DNA of 64,000 nt from an uncultured Clostridia bacterium (GTDB taxonomy: Bacteria; Bacillota; Clostridia; TANB77; CAG-508). The notes under the pieces were generated by a model. That model did not search any database and had not been told where the DNA came from. It worked only from the letters and a program-made list of their open reading frames with translations. Of this stretch, positions 51,090-60,273 are shown piece after piece. The stretch's first letter is position 1. Each line of letters starts with the position of its first letter. The translations under genes were made by a program, and so were the position numbers. The stretch spans positions 1,652 through 65,651 of the forward strand of contig CANRES010000002.1 of assembly GCA_947629625.1 (NCBI GenBank), read 5' to 3'.

Positions 51090-51833
51090 ATGAATATTTT
51101 AGAATTAATAAAAAATTTATATAGTAAATATTTTAATAAAGAGCAAATTGAATCAGATTCAATATTTTACATAGCAGGAAGTCAAACACTTCCGCCACCA
51201 TTATCAACAGAGGAAGAAGACGAAATGCTAGAAAGACTTGCAAAAAAAGATGAAGAAGCAAAGAAAATATTAGTAGAAAGAAATTTAAGATTAGTAGTAT
51301 ATATATCAAAAAAATTTGAAAATACAGGAATAGGAATAGAAGACTTAATATCAATTGGAACAATAGGCTTAATGAAAGCAATTAATACATTTAATACAGA
51401 CAAAAATATTAAACTTGCAACTTATGCGTCAAGATGTATAGAAAACGAAATTTTAATGTACCTAAGAAAAAGTAGTAAAATAAAGGGAGAAGTATCAATA
51501 GATGAGCCTTTAAATCAAGATGGAGACGGCAATGAATTATTACTTTCAGACATTTTAGGAACAGAAAACGATATAACATCAAGAGGTATAGAGGATGAAG
51601 TAGATAAAAAACTTTTGAAGGCATCAATGGAAAAATTAAATAAAAGAGAAAAAAACATAATGGAGTTAAGATTTGGTTTTATAAACGGAAATGAAAAAAC
51701 ACAAAAAGAAGTTGCAGATATGTTAGGAATTTCACAAAGTTATATATCAAGATTAGAAAAAAAGATTATAGGAAAAATGAAAAAAGATATTATAAGCAAA
51801 ACGCGGATAATGCTATTGAAAAATGATAAATAA
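51090..51833 (+). CDS. sigE: Pro-sigma-E (sporulation sigma factor SigE)
   Basis: Pro-sequence followed by [13 protein letters not shown]...[32 protein letters not shown]; directly after spoIIGA. Confidence 0.8.
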   Translation: MNILELIKNLYSKYFNKEQIESDSIFYIAGSQTLPPPLSTEEEDEMLERLAKKDEEAKKILVERNLRLVVYISKKFENTGIGIEDLISIGTIGLMKAINTFNTDKNIKLATYASRCIENEILMYLRKSSKIKGEVSIDEPLNQDGDGNELLLSDILGTENDITSRGIEDEVDKKLLKASMEKLNKREKNIMELRFGFINGNEKTQKEVADMLGISQSYISRLEKKIIGKMKKDIISKTRIMLLKNDK

Positions 51834-51862
51834 AGTGATAAAATGATACCAATTTTAAAGGA

Positions 51863-54568
51863 GTGAGTATTTTGGAGAAATGGTACAATTTATCAGTAGA
51901 AGAAACCATAAAAAAGCAAGAAACAAATGAACAAAATGGATTAACAATAGAACAAATTAGTAAAAAAAGAGAAAAATATGGTTTAAATGAATTAAAAGAA
52001 AAAAAGAAAAAAAGTACATTACAAAAATTTTTAGAACAATTTAAAGATTTTATGATAATAGTATTAATAATTTCAGCAATTATATCAGGAATAATTGGAA
52101 TAGCAGAGGGTGAAGGAATTACAGATACAATAATTATTCTAATAGTAGTTATAGTAAATGCAATAATAGGAGTACTACAAGAAAATAAAGCAGAAAAATC
52201 ATTAGAAGCATTACAAAAATTAAGTTCACATGTAGCAAAAGTTATAAGAAATGGAAAAATAGAAGTAATTGCTTCAAGAGAATTAGTACCGGGAGACGTA
52301 GTAGTATTAGAAACAGGAGACTACATACCAGCAGATTTAAGACTAATTGAAGCAGTTAATTTAAAAGTACAAGAATCTGCATTAACAGGAGAATCTGTAC
52401 CAGTTGAAAAAATTACATCAAAATTAGAAGAAACAGAAATAGGAATTGGAGATAGATTAAACATGGTATATTCTTCAAGTCTTGTTACCTATGGTAGAGG
52501 AAAAGGAATAGTTGTAGAAACTGGAATGAATACAGAAGTTGGAAAAATAGCAGACATGATAAACCTAAATGTAGATACAGAAACACCATTACAACAAAAA
52601 CTAGATAAACTAGGAAAAGTTTTAGGAATAGTAGCATTAATAATATGTGCTATAATATTTGTAATAGGCTTAATATATGGAAAAGAGCCAATTCACATGT
52701 TTATGACAGCAGTAAGTTTAGCAGTAGCAGCAATTCCAGAAGGATTACCTGCAGTATCAACAATAGTACTTGCAATAGGTGTTCAAAGAATGGTAAAAAA
52801 GAATGCAATAATAAAGAAATTACCTGCCGTTGAAACCTTAGGAAGTGCATCAGTTATATGTTCAGATAAAACAGGTACATTAACACAAAATAAAATGACA
52901 GTAGAAAAATTATTTTATAACAATAAACTATACGAAGTAAATTCAGTAGATAAAACTGAAGAACTAGAAAAATTAATTCTTGCAAGTATGTTATGCAATG
53001 ATACACAAATTTCACCAGATATGAAATTAACAGGAGATCCAACAGAAACCGCATTAATAGACTTAGGTTTTAAATTAGAATTTGAACCACATATATATGA
53101 AAATATGCCAAGAGTAGAAGAAATTCCATTTGATTCTGATAGAAAATTAATGACAACAGTTCATAAAGTAAACGAAAAATATATAGTATATACCAAAGGT
53201 GCAGTAGATGAACTATTAAGAAGATGTAATAAATACATAATAAATGGAGAAATAAAAGAAGACTTAGAAAATTATAAACAAGAAATAAATAAAATAAATG
53301 AAGAATTAGCAACAAATGCTTTAAGAGTATTAGCAATGGCATATAAAGAAATAGACCATTTACCTACAAAAGAAGAAATGAAAAATATTGAAGGTGAATT
53401 AATATATATTGGTATGGTAGGAATGATAGACCCACCAAGACCAGAGGCAAAAGTTGCAGTTGAAAAATGTATAAGTGCAGGAATAAAACCAATAATGATT
53501 ACAGGAGACCATAAAATAACTGCAATAGCAATAGCAAAAGCATTAGGAATTTTAAAAGACGAAAAAGAAGCAATTACAGGTAAAGAATTACAAAATATGA
53601 CAGATGAGGAATTAACAAAAAATATTAGAAATTATAGTGTATATGCTAGGGTATCACCAGAACATAAAGTAAGAATTGTAAAAGCATGGCAAGCAAATAA
53701 TGAAATTGTTGCTATGACAGGAGATGGAGTAAATGATGCCCCTGCATTAAAAGCAGCAGATATAGGATGTGCAATGGGAATGGTAGGAACAGATGTTGCA
53801 AAAGAAGCGGCAGATGTTATACTAACAGACGATAACTTTGCAACAGTTGTATCAGCAGTTGAAGAAGGTAGAAGAATATATGATAATATTCTAAAAGCAA
53901 TACAATTTTTATTATCAAGTAATGTTGGAGAAATATTAACATTATTTATAGCAATAATGATAACACCAATACTTGCAAAACAATTTGGAATACTAAATAT
54001 ATCAAAATTAGAGCCATTATTACCAATTCATATACTTTGGATAAATTTAGTAACAGACTCACTTCCAGCACTTGCATTAGCAGTAGATCCATCAGCAAAA
54101 AACATTATGAAAAGAAAACCATTAAAATCTAATAAAGGAATATTTACAAAAGGAATGACAAGAAGAATTATTTATCAAGGAATTATAATTGGAGCAATAA
54201 CTTTAATTGCATTTACATTAGGACTATCAACACCAAATGTTAGTGAATATGAAAAAATAATGATAGGTCAAACAATGGCATTTAGTGTATTAGCAATATC
54301 ACAATTAGTACATGTTTACAATGTTAGAGATAATAAAACTTCAATATTTAAGACAGGAATTTTTAATAATAAAATGTTAATACTTGCAACTGTGGCATCA
54401 ACTGCTTTAATGTTAGTAATATTAATCATACCGTTATTTAGAAATATTTTTAGTCTTGCAAAATTATCTTTAATACACATTATAGAAATAATAGTACTTA
54501 TCTTTTTACCAATAGTTATAGTAGAAATTGCAAAATTATTAAAAATAAATACAACAAAAGATGAATAA
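51863..54568 (+). CDS. P-type Ca2+-transporting ATPase (P2A/SERCA-like)
   Basis: DKTGTLT (CSDKTGTLTQN), TGDGVNDAPAL, about 10 TMs. Confidence 0.85.
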   Translation: MSILEKWYNLSVEETIKKQETNEQNGLTIEQISKKREKYGLNELKEKKKKSTLQKFLEQFKDFMIIVLIISAIISGIIGIAEGEGITDTIIILIVVIVNAIIGVLQENKAEKSLEALQKLSSHVAKVIRNGKIEVIASRELVPGDVVVLETGDYIPADLRLIEAVNLKVQESALTGESVPVEKITSKLEETEIGIGDRLNMVYSSSLVTYGRGKGIVVETGMNTEVGKIADMINLNVDTETPLQQKLDKLGKVLGIVALIICAIIFVIGLIYGKEPIHMFMTAVSLAVAAIPEGLPAVSTIVLAIGVQRMVKKNAIIKKLPAVETLGSASVICSDKTGTLTQNKMTVEKLFYNNKLYEVNSVDKTEELEKLILASMLCNDTQISPDMKLTGDPTETALIDLGFKLEFEPHIYENMPRVEEIPFDSDRKLMTTVHKVNEKYIVYTKGAVDELLRRCNKYIINGEIKEDLENYKQEINKINEELATNALRVLAMAYKEIDHLPTKEEMKNIEGELIYIGMVGMIDPPRPEAKVAVEKCISAGIKPIMITGDHKITAIAIAKALGILKDEKEAITGKELQNMTDEELTKNIRNYSVYARVSPEHKVRIVKAWQANNEIVAMTGDGVNDAPALKAADIGCAMGMVGTDVAKEAADVILTDDNFATVVSAVEEGRRIYDNILKAIQFLLSSNVGEILTLFIAIMITPILAKQFGILNISKLEPLLPIHILWINLVTDSLPALALAVDPSAKNIMKRKPLKSNKGIFTKGMTRRIIYQGIIIGAITLIAFTLGLSTPNVSEYEKIMIGQTMAFSVLAISQLVHVYNVRDNKTSIFKTGIFNNKMLILATVASTALMLVILIIPLFRNIFSLAKLSLIHIIEIIVLIFLPIVIVEIAKLLKINTTKDE

Positions 54569-54590
54569 AAAATAAATAAAATTTTTTTAA

Positions 54591-54628
54591 AAGAACTTTT
54601 ATCTTGTATAGAAGTTCTTTTTTTTTTC
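54591..54628 (+). terminator. Terminator after the Ca-ATPase gene
   Basis: aagaactt...aagttctt followed by T10. Confidence 0.7.
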
Positions 54629-54688
54629 TTCCATGCTACGCGTCACTACGTAAATGAAATATATTACTTTAAAACATTTTTTAATTAA

Positions 54689-54775
54689 AATAAAAAATTA
54701 TGAATTAGAAAATTATGAATTAAAAAATAATGAAATAAAAAATTATGAACTAAAAAAATTAAGAAAATAAAATAA
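54689..54775. repeat. About 5 tandem copies of the 15-bp unit AAAATTATGAA(T/A/C)TAA
   Basis: aaaaattatgaattag/aaaattatgaattaa/aaaataatgaaataa/aaaattatgaactaa/aaaaattaagaaaataa; each unit encodes ATG-AAx-stop. Confidence 0.6.
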
Positions 54776-54842
54776 AAAAAAATTAAAAAATTTTAAAAAA
54801 AGTATTGCAAATTCCCAAAAGTTATATTAAAATTATAACAAA

Positions 54843-54866
54843 GTGGAGAAAAGTGGTAGAAAGTGT
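54843..54866 (+). promoter_or_regulatory. Three direct GTGG/GTGT repeats at exact 10-bp spacing immediately upstream of mraZ (candidate MraZ operator)
   Basis: aaGTGGagaaaaGTGGtagaaaGTGTaac. Confidence 0.5.
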
Positions 54867-54892
54867 AACAAAATGAAAAGAGGTGAAAAATA

Positions 54893-55327
54893 GTGTTTAT
54901 AGGTGAATATGAGCATACATTAGATGCAAAAGGCAGAGTAATAATGCCAGTAAAATTAAGAGAAGAAATGGGAGAAAAATTTATAATCACCAAAGGTCAA
55001 GAAGGATGTCTATTTGCATACTCATTAGAAGAATGGAAAAATTTTGAAGAAAAACTAAAAACACTACCTTCATACACAAATAAAAACGTTAGAGACTTTA
55101 TAAGATACTTTCTATCAGGAGCAACAGAATGTGAATTAGATAAACAAGGAAGATTCCTAATACCAATGAACCTAAGAAGTCATGCAATGTTAGAAAAAGA
55201 TGTAGTTATAATTGGAGTAGGAACCAAAATAGAAATATGGGACAAAATTACATGGCAAAGATACAGTAATAACGATAGTATTTCAGCAGACGAAATTGCA
55301 GAAAACCTATCAAATTTAAGTATATAA
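54893..55327 (+). CDS. mraZ: Transcriptional regulator MraZ
   Basis: [19 protein letters not shown]... duplicated SpoVT/AbrB-like halves; GTG start. Confidence 0.85.
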   Translation: MFIGEYEHTLDAKGRVIMPVKLREEMGEKFIITKGQEGCLFAYSLEEWKNFEEKLKTLPSYTNKNVRDFIRYFLSGATECELDKQGRFLIPMNLRSHAMLEKDVVIIGVGTKIEIWDKITWQRYSNNDSISADEIAENLSNLSI

Positions 55328-55368
55328 CTTGAAAAAGTTTATATAAAATACCAAAGAAAATTTAATAC

Positions 55369-55500
55369 ACAAAAGAAAATAAGTAAACAAAAGATAAAAT
55401 TAAAAAATTTTAAACAAAAGAAATAATAGTAAACAAAAGCATTAAAAATACAAAAGATATTTTAATGCACAAAAGAGAATAGGCGGGTGAAAGCCCGCCT
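55369..55500 (+). repeat. Six ACAAAAG heptamers at about 17-27-bp spacing, then a GC-rich stem-loop aggcggg-tgaaag-cccgcct, in the 205-bp mraZ-rsmH spacer
   Basis: Heptamers at 55369, 55387, 55414, 55433, 55450, 55469; hairpin 55481-55500. Confidence 0.5.
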
Positions 55501-55531
55501 AAGATAAATAATTAAAACATAAGGAAAATTT

Positions 55532-56482
55532 ATGGAAAAAATCGAATTTAAACATAAACCTGTATTATTAAATGAATGTATAGAAGGTCTAAACATAAAA
55601 AAAGACGGAATATATATAGACGGAACATTAGGAGGAGCAGGTCATAGCAGTAAAATTATAGAAAAATTATCAGAAAAAGGTTTACTAATAGGAATAGATA
55701 GAGACAAAGAAGCACTACAAGCAGCAGAAAAAAAATTATCACAATATAAAAACATAAAATACATATATGGAAATCATGATAATATTACAAATATATTAGA
55801 AGATTTACAAATAGAAGCAGTAGATGGAATACTTTTAGACTTAGGAGTATCCTCATATCAACTAGACGAAAAATCAAGAGGTTTTAGTTACATGGAAGAC
55901 ACATATCTAGATATGAGAATGGACACAAACCAAGAATTAACTGCAAAAATAGTAGTAAATACATACACAGAAGAAAAATTAGCAGATATCATATTTAATT
56001 ATGGCGAAGAAAAATTTGCAAGAAGAATTGCTAAAAATATTTGCGAATATAGAAAAAATAAAGAAATAGAAACAACAAAAGAATTAAACCAAATTATAGA
56101 TAAAAGCATACCAAGTTATGCAAAAAATAATGGACATCCATCAAAAAGAACATTTCAAGCAATTAGAATAGAAGTAAATAATGAAATAGAGCCATTATAT
56201 AACACAATTATGAATTGCATAAAAAGTCTAAAAAATGGTGGAAGGTTATGTGTAATAACATTTCATTCTTTAGAAGATAGAGCAGTAAAAAAAGCATATA
56301 TAGATGCAGTAGGAAAATGTACTTGTCCTAGCGATTTACCATATTGCATTTGTAATAATGAATCATTAGGAACAATAGTAAATAAAAAACCAATAATAGC
56401 AGAAGAAAAAGAAATAGAAGAAAATTCAAGAGCAAAAAGTGCAAAATTAAGAATATTTGAAAGAAGAACAAAAGAAAAATAA
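55532..56482 (+). CDS. rsmH: 16S rRNA (cytosine1402-N4)-methyltransferase RsmH/MraW
   Basis: MEKIEFKHKPVLLNECIEGLNI...DGTLGGAGHS. Confidence 0.9.
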   Translation: MEKIEFKHKPVLLNECIEGLNIKKDGIYIDGTLGGAGHSSKIIEKLSEKGLLIGIDRDKEALQAAEKKLSQYKNIKYIYGNHDNITNILEDLQIEAVDGILLDLGVSSYQLDEKSRGFSYMEDTYLDMRMDTNQELTAKIVVNTYTEEKLADIIFNYGEEKFARRIAKNICEYRKNKEIETTKELNQIIDKSIPSYAKNNGHPSKRTFQAIRIEVNNEIEPLYNTIMNCIKSLKNGGRLCVITFHSLEDRAVKKAYIDAVGKCTCPSDLPYCICNNESLGTIVNKKPIIAEEKEIEENSRAKSAKLRIFERRTKEK

Positions 56483-56518
56483 ATTTTAATACAAGTGATA
56501 AAGGGAGGTGAGTAACTT

Positions 56519-57028
56519 ATGGCATATAATAATAGATATCAATATGAAACAAGTCCTAGAAAATTACAACCAGAATATGAGCCTATAAAAGAAAAAAAAT
56601 ACAATAAAAAAAGTACATTAAAAAACAAAAAAACATCAAAAAAACAACAAAAATTAAAAAAAGCAAAACAAAAAAAATTAATAATGTATATAGCAATAGG
56701 TTTTATACTATTATTTACCATGAGTTATAGAAATGCTCTTATATCACAAAATTACTCAAAAGTACAAACATTAGAAAAACAATTATCAGCAATAGAGAAA
56801 GAAAATGAACAATTAGAAGTAAATATAGAAACAAATTTAAACTTAAAAAATGTTGAAAAATCAGCAGAAGAAATGTTAGGAATGCAAAAAATATCAGATA
56901 TTCAAACAGTATATGTTGAATTACCAAGAGAAGACTATGTTGAGCCTGCAACAGAAGAAATAGAAATGTCAAAAGAAGATAACTGGTTAAAAGAAATTTG
57001 GAACATGATTGTAGAGCATATAAAGTAA
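56519..57028 (+). CDS. ftsL: Cell division protein FtsL (septum formation initiator family)
   Basis: Basic N-terminus, single TM, coiled coil ...LEKQLSAIEKENEQLEVNIE... Confidence 0.65.
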   Translation: MAYNNRYQYETSPRKLQPEYEPIKEKKYNKKSTLKNKKTSKKQQKLKKAKQKKLIMYIAIGFILLFTMSYRNALISQNYSKVQTLEKQLSAIEKENEQLEVNIETNLNLKNVEKSAEEMLGMQKISDIQTVYVELPREDYVEPATEEIEMSKEDNWLKEIWNMIVEHIK

Positions 57029-57092
57029 ATTAGTATAAAAATAATTGACAAAAAACAACAAAAAGTTATATCATATAATTAGGGTGAATTTT

Positions 57093-58040
57093 ATGATAAG
57101 TAAAAAAATAAGTTACAAAAAAGTAATATTAAGCATAATAATAGGTATTTTCTTGACATTTGCATATATAGGAAGCGTTTATGCAGATGTTGGAAGTTTT
57201 GAAAGTTACGATTCTGGAGGTTCAAGCGGTTGGAGTTCGAGTGACTGGAGTTCAAGTGACTGGAGTTCAAGCAGTTGGGATGATGACGACGATTATAGTT
57301 GGAGTAGTTTAGGACTTTCAGGTAGTTCAGGAAAATTAGCAATGTATGGAGATTATATAATTATTTTAGTATTGGTAATTATTTTTGTAATAGTATTTCC
57401 TATATTAAAAAAATCAGACTTAATAAATAGACATCCATCATATTATTACGCACCACAACCTTCAAAACCTAGAAGTGAAGAAATATTAAGAAAAATACAT
57501 GCAGTAGATGAATTATTTAATCAAGAAGAATTTTTAGCATGGTCTAAAGATTTATTTGTAAAACTACAAAATCAATGGATGGCAAGAGACTGGGAAGAAA
57601 TAAGATATTTTGAAACAAATGAATTATTTGAACAACATAAAAATCAAATACAAGGATATATAGATAAAAAACAAATAAATATGTTAGAAAGAATATGTGT
57701 AAACTATGCAAAACTATATGACTTCAAACAAGTAGGAGATAAAGACATATTAGATATAGAACTAAATTCTTCAATGATAGATTATATAATAGACGAAGAA
57801 ACAAGAAAAGTATTAATGGGAAATACAGTAACAAGAAGAACAAGGTCATATAAACTAACATTTATAAGAAAAACAGGAATAAAAACAAAACCAGGAGAAG
57901 CAAAAGTAAATACAACAAACTGTCCAAATTGTGGAGCACCAACACAAATAACCTCATCAGGAAAATGTAAATATTGTGGAAGTGTAATAACAACAGGAGA
58001 ATATAACTGGGTATTATCAAACTTAGAACCATTAAGATAA
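57093..58040 (+). CDS. Tim44-like domain membrane protein with S/W/D low-complexity region and C-terminal zinc ribbon
   Basis: Signal/TM, SGGSSGWSSSDWSSSDWSSSSWDDDDD, TM, Tim44-like region, CPNCG...CKYCG zinc ribbon. Start at ATG 57093 (RBS agggtga) rather than the upstream TTG. Confidence 0.5.
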   Translation: MISKKISYKKVILSIIIGIFLTFAYIGSVYADVGSFESYDSGGSSGWSSSDWSSSDWSSSSWDDDDDYSWSSLGLSGSSGKLAMYGDYIIILVLVIIFVIVFPILKKSDLINRHPSYYYAPQPSKPRSEEILRKIHAVDELFNQEEFLAWSKDLFVKLQNQWMARDWEEIRYFETNELFEQHKNQIQGYIDKKQINMLERICVNYAKLYDFKQVGDKDILDIELNSSMIDYIIDEETRKVLMGNTVTRRTRSYKLTFIRKTGIKTKPGEAKVNTTNCPNCGAPTQITSSGKCKYCGSVITTGEYNWVLSNLEPLR

Positions 58041-58127
58041 AATTAATATAATATTCAAATAGAAGATGTAAATTAACATCTTCTATTTTTTTTATTCAAG
58101 AATATACATATAAAAGGAGATGAAAAA

Positions 58128-60104
58128 ATGAGTGATATTAATAGAAAAAGAAGAATAAGAAATGAGTTATATATTATATTAATAATATTATTTTTATTAA
58201 TAATAAAAATATTTTGGATACAATTTATACAAGGAGAAGAATTACAAACATTAGCATATCAACAACAATCATTAGATAGAAAAATAAATCCAAAAAGAGG
58301 AACAATATATGATACAGAAGGAACAGTTTTAGCAGTTAGTGCAACAGTAAATACAGTAACAGTAAATCCAACGAATATTAGTGCAGAAAATAAAGAAAAA
58401 GTAGCAAGAGCATTATCAGATATATTTGAATTAGATTATGAAACTGTTTTAAAAAAGGTAAAAAAAAGAACATCAATTGAAAGTATAATAAAAAAAGTAG
58501 ATAAAGAAAAAACAGACGAATTAAGAATTTGGCTAGACCAAAATAATATAACAACAGGCATAAATATAGATGAAGACACAAAAAGATATTATCCATATAA
58601 TAGTTTAGCATCACACATAATAGGCTTCACAGGAAGTGATAATCAAGGATTAGATGGTTTAGAGGCAAAATATGACGAACTTTTAAAAGGAAAAAATGGA
58701 AGAATAACAAGAGTAACAGATGCAAGAGGAGGAGTATTAGAAAGTATAGGAGAAGATTATGAAGCTGCAATAGATGGAAAAGATTTAAAATTAACAATAG
58801 ATGTTAATATTCAAGCAATTACAGAAAAATATTTAGCAGAAGCATGTATAGATAATAAATGCACAGATGGAGGAAATGTTATAATAATGAATCCTAATAA
58901 CGGTAATATTTTAGCAATGGCAACATATCCTACATACAACTTAAATGAGCCATACACTATTAATAATGAGGAATTAAAATCAAATTGGGAGACATTAACT
59001 GCAACAGAAAGAACAACTGCATTACAACAAATGTGGAGAAATAAAGCAATAGCAGATACTTATGAGCCGGGTTCAACATTTAAGTTAATAACTGCATCTG
59101 CATCATTAGAAGAAGGAATTGCATCAGTAGATAAACAAGGAGAATTTGCATGTACTGGTTCAATAGAAATAGCAGGAACACGTATAAAATGTTGGAGATA
59201 TTATAACCCACATGGTCCAGAAAGTTTAAGAACTGCCTTAATGAATTCATGTAATCCAGTATTTATAGGATTAGGTCAAAAACTAGGTGTATCAACATAT
59301 TATAGTTATTTAAGAAAATTTGGATTATTAGATAAAACAGGAGTAGACTTACCGGGAGAAGCCAAAGGAATATTTTTAGACGAGAAAAAAGTAGGACCAG
59401 TAGAATTAGCAACAATATCATTTGGACAGAGATTTGAAATTACGCCATTACAATTAATAACTGCCGTATCTGCAATAGCAAATGGAGGTAATCTAGTTAA
59501 ACCAAGAGTAGTACAGGAAATAATAGACTCTGAAACAGGTGAAGTTCAAAAAATAGACCCTATAATTAAAAATCAAGTAATATCAGAAGAAACATCAAAA
59601 AATGTATTAAGCATGATGGGTTCTGTTGTAGAATCTGGAACAGGAAAAAATGGGCAAGTACAGGGATATAATATAGGCGGAAAAACAGGAACATCAGAAG
59701 ATGGTGTAAATACAAATAAATATGTTGCCTCATTTATAGGAATTGCATCCATTGATAACCCAGAACTTGTAATATTAGTAACATTATATAATCCAACAGG
59801 AGAAGGAGGACACGGTGGAGGTGGAACAGCAGCCCCTGTTGCATCACAAATTTTAAGTGAAGTATTACCATATTTAGAAGTAAAAAAAGATAAAGAAACA
59901 GAAGAAGATAAAAAACAGACAGTATCAGTACCAGATTTAAGAAATAAAACTGTAAAAGATGCAAAAAAGGAATTAAAAGAATTAGGTTTAGAACTTGAAA
60001 TAGAAGCAGAAGATTATAATTCAGAAGATATTATAACAGAACAAATTCCAAAACCGGGTATAAAAATAAAACAGGGTACAAAAGTAATGTGTGAAATAGA
60101 GTAA
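58128..60104 (+). CDS. Class B penicillin-binding protein (FtsI/SpoVD family) with C-terminal PASTA domain
   Basis: STFK (GSTFKLIT), SCN, KTGT; PASTA VPDLRNKTVKDAKKEL... Confidence 0.85.
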   Translation: MSDINRKRRIRNELYIILIILFLLIIKIFWIQFIQGEELQTLAYQQQSLDRKINPKRGTIYDTEGTVLAVSATVNTVTVNPTNISAENKEKVARALSDIFELDYETVLKKVKKRTSIESIIKKVDKEKTDELRIWLDQNNITTGINIDEDTKRYYPYNSLASHIIGFTGSDNQGLDGLEAKYDELLKGKNGRITRVTDARGGVLESIGEDYEAAIDGKDLKLTIDVNIQAITEKYLAEACIDNKCTDGGNVIIMNPNNGNILAMATYPTYNLNEPYTINNEELKSNWETLTATERTTALQQMWRNKAIADTYEPGSTFKLITASASLEEGIASVDKQGEFACTGSIEIAGTRIKCWRYYNPHGPESLRTALMNSCNPVFIGLGQKLGVSTYYSYLRKFGLLDKTGVDLPGEAKGIFLDEKKVGPVELATISFGQRFEITPLQLITAVSAIANGGNLVKPRVVQEIIDSETGEVQKIDPIIKNQVISEETSKNVLSMMGSVVESGTGKNGQVQGYNIGGKTGTSEDGVNTNKYVASFIGIASIDNPELVILVTLYNPTGEGGHGGGGTAAPVASQILSEVLPYLEVKKDKETEEDKKQTVSVPDLRNKTVKDAKKELKELGLELEIEAEDYNSEDIITEQIPKPGIKIKQGTKVMCEIE

Positions 60105-60150
60105 TATTATCAAAATAAACAAAAAAGTACAAAATATATCAAAAAAACTC

Positions 60151-60179
60151 TTGTTAAAAACAAAAAAGTATGTTAAAAT
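60151..60179 (+). promoter_or_regulatory. Promoter TTGTTA-N17-TGtTAAAAT (extended -10)
   Basis: ttgttaaaaacaaaaaagtatgttaaaat. Confidence 0.4.
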
Positions 60180-60273
60180 CAAAAAAATGGAAAAAAATCG
60201 CAAGAAAAAATTTACATAATTGTATATTTATGATATAATATACATAGATGTGAAAAAGGGGGAGGTAAAAATA

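Noticed and set aside
52645-52833. 62-aa + strand ORF inside the Ca-ATPase gene
   Set aside because: It lies in an alternative frame of a highly conserved P-type ATPase region; Cys/Asn-rich nonsense.
54631-54656. GC-rich catgctacgcgtcactacgtaaatg patch containing the ACGCGT palindrome
   Set aside because: It is too short and imperfect for a stable structure and looks like an isolated restriction-site-type palindrome. Only noted.
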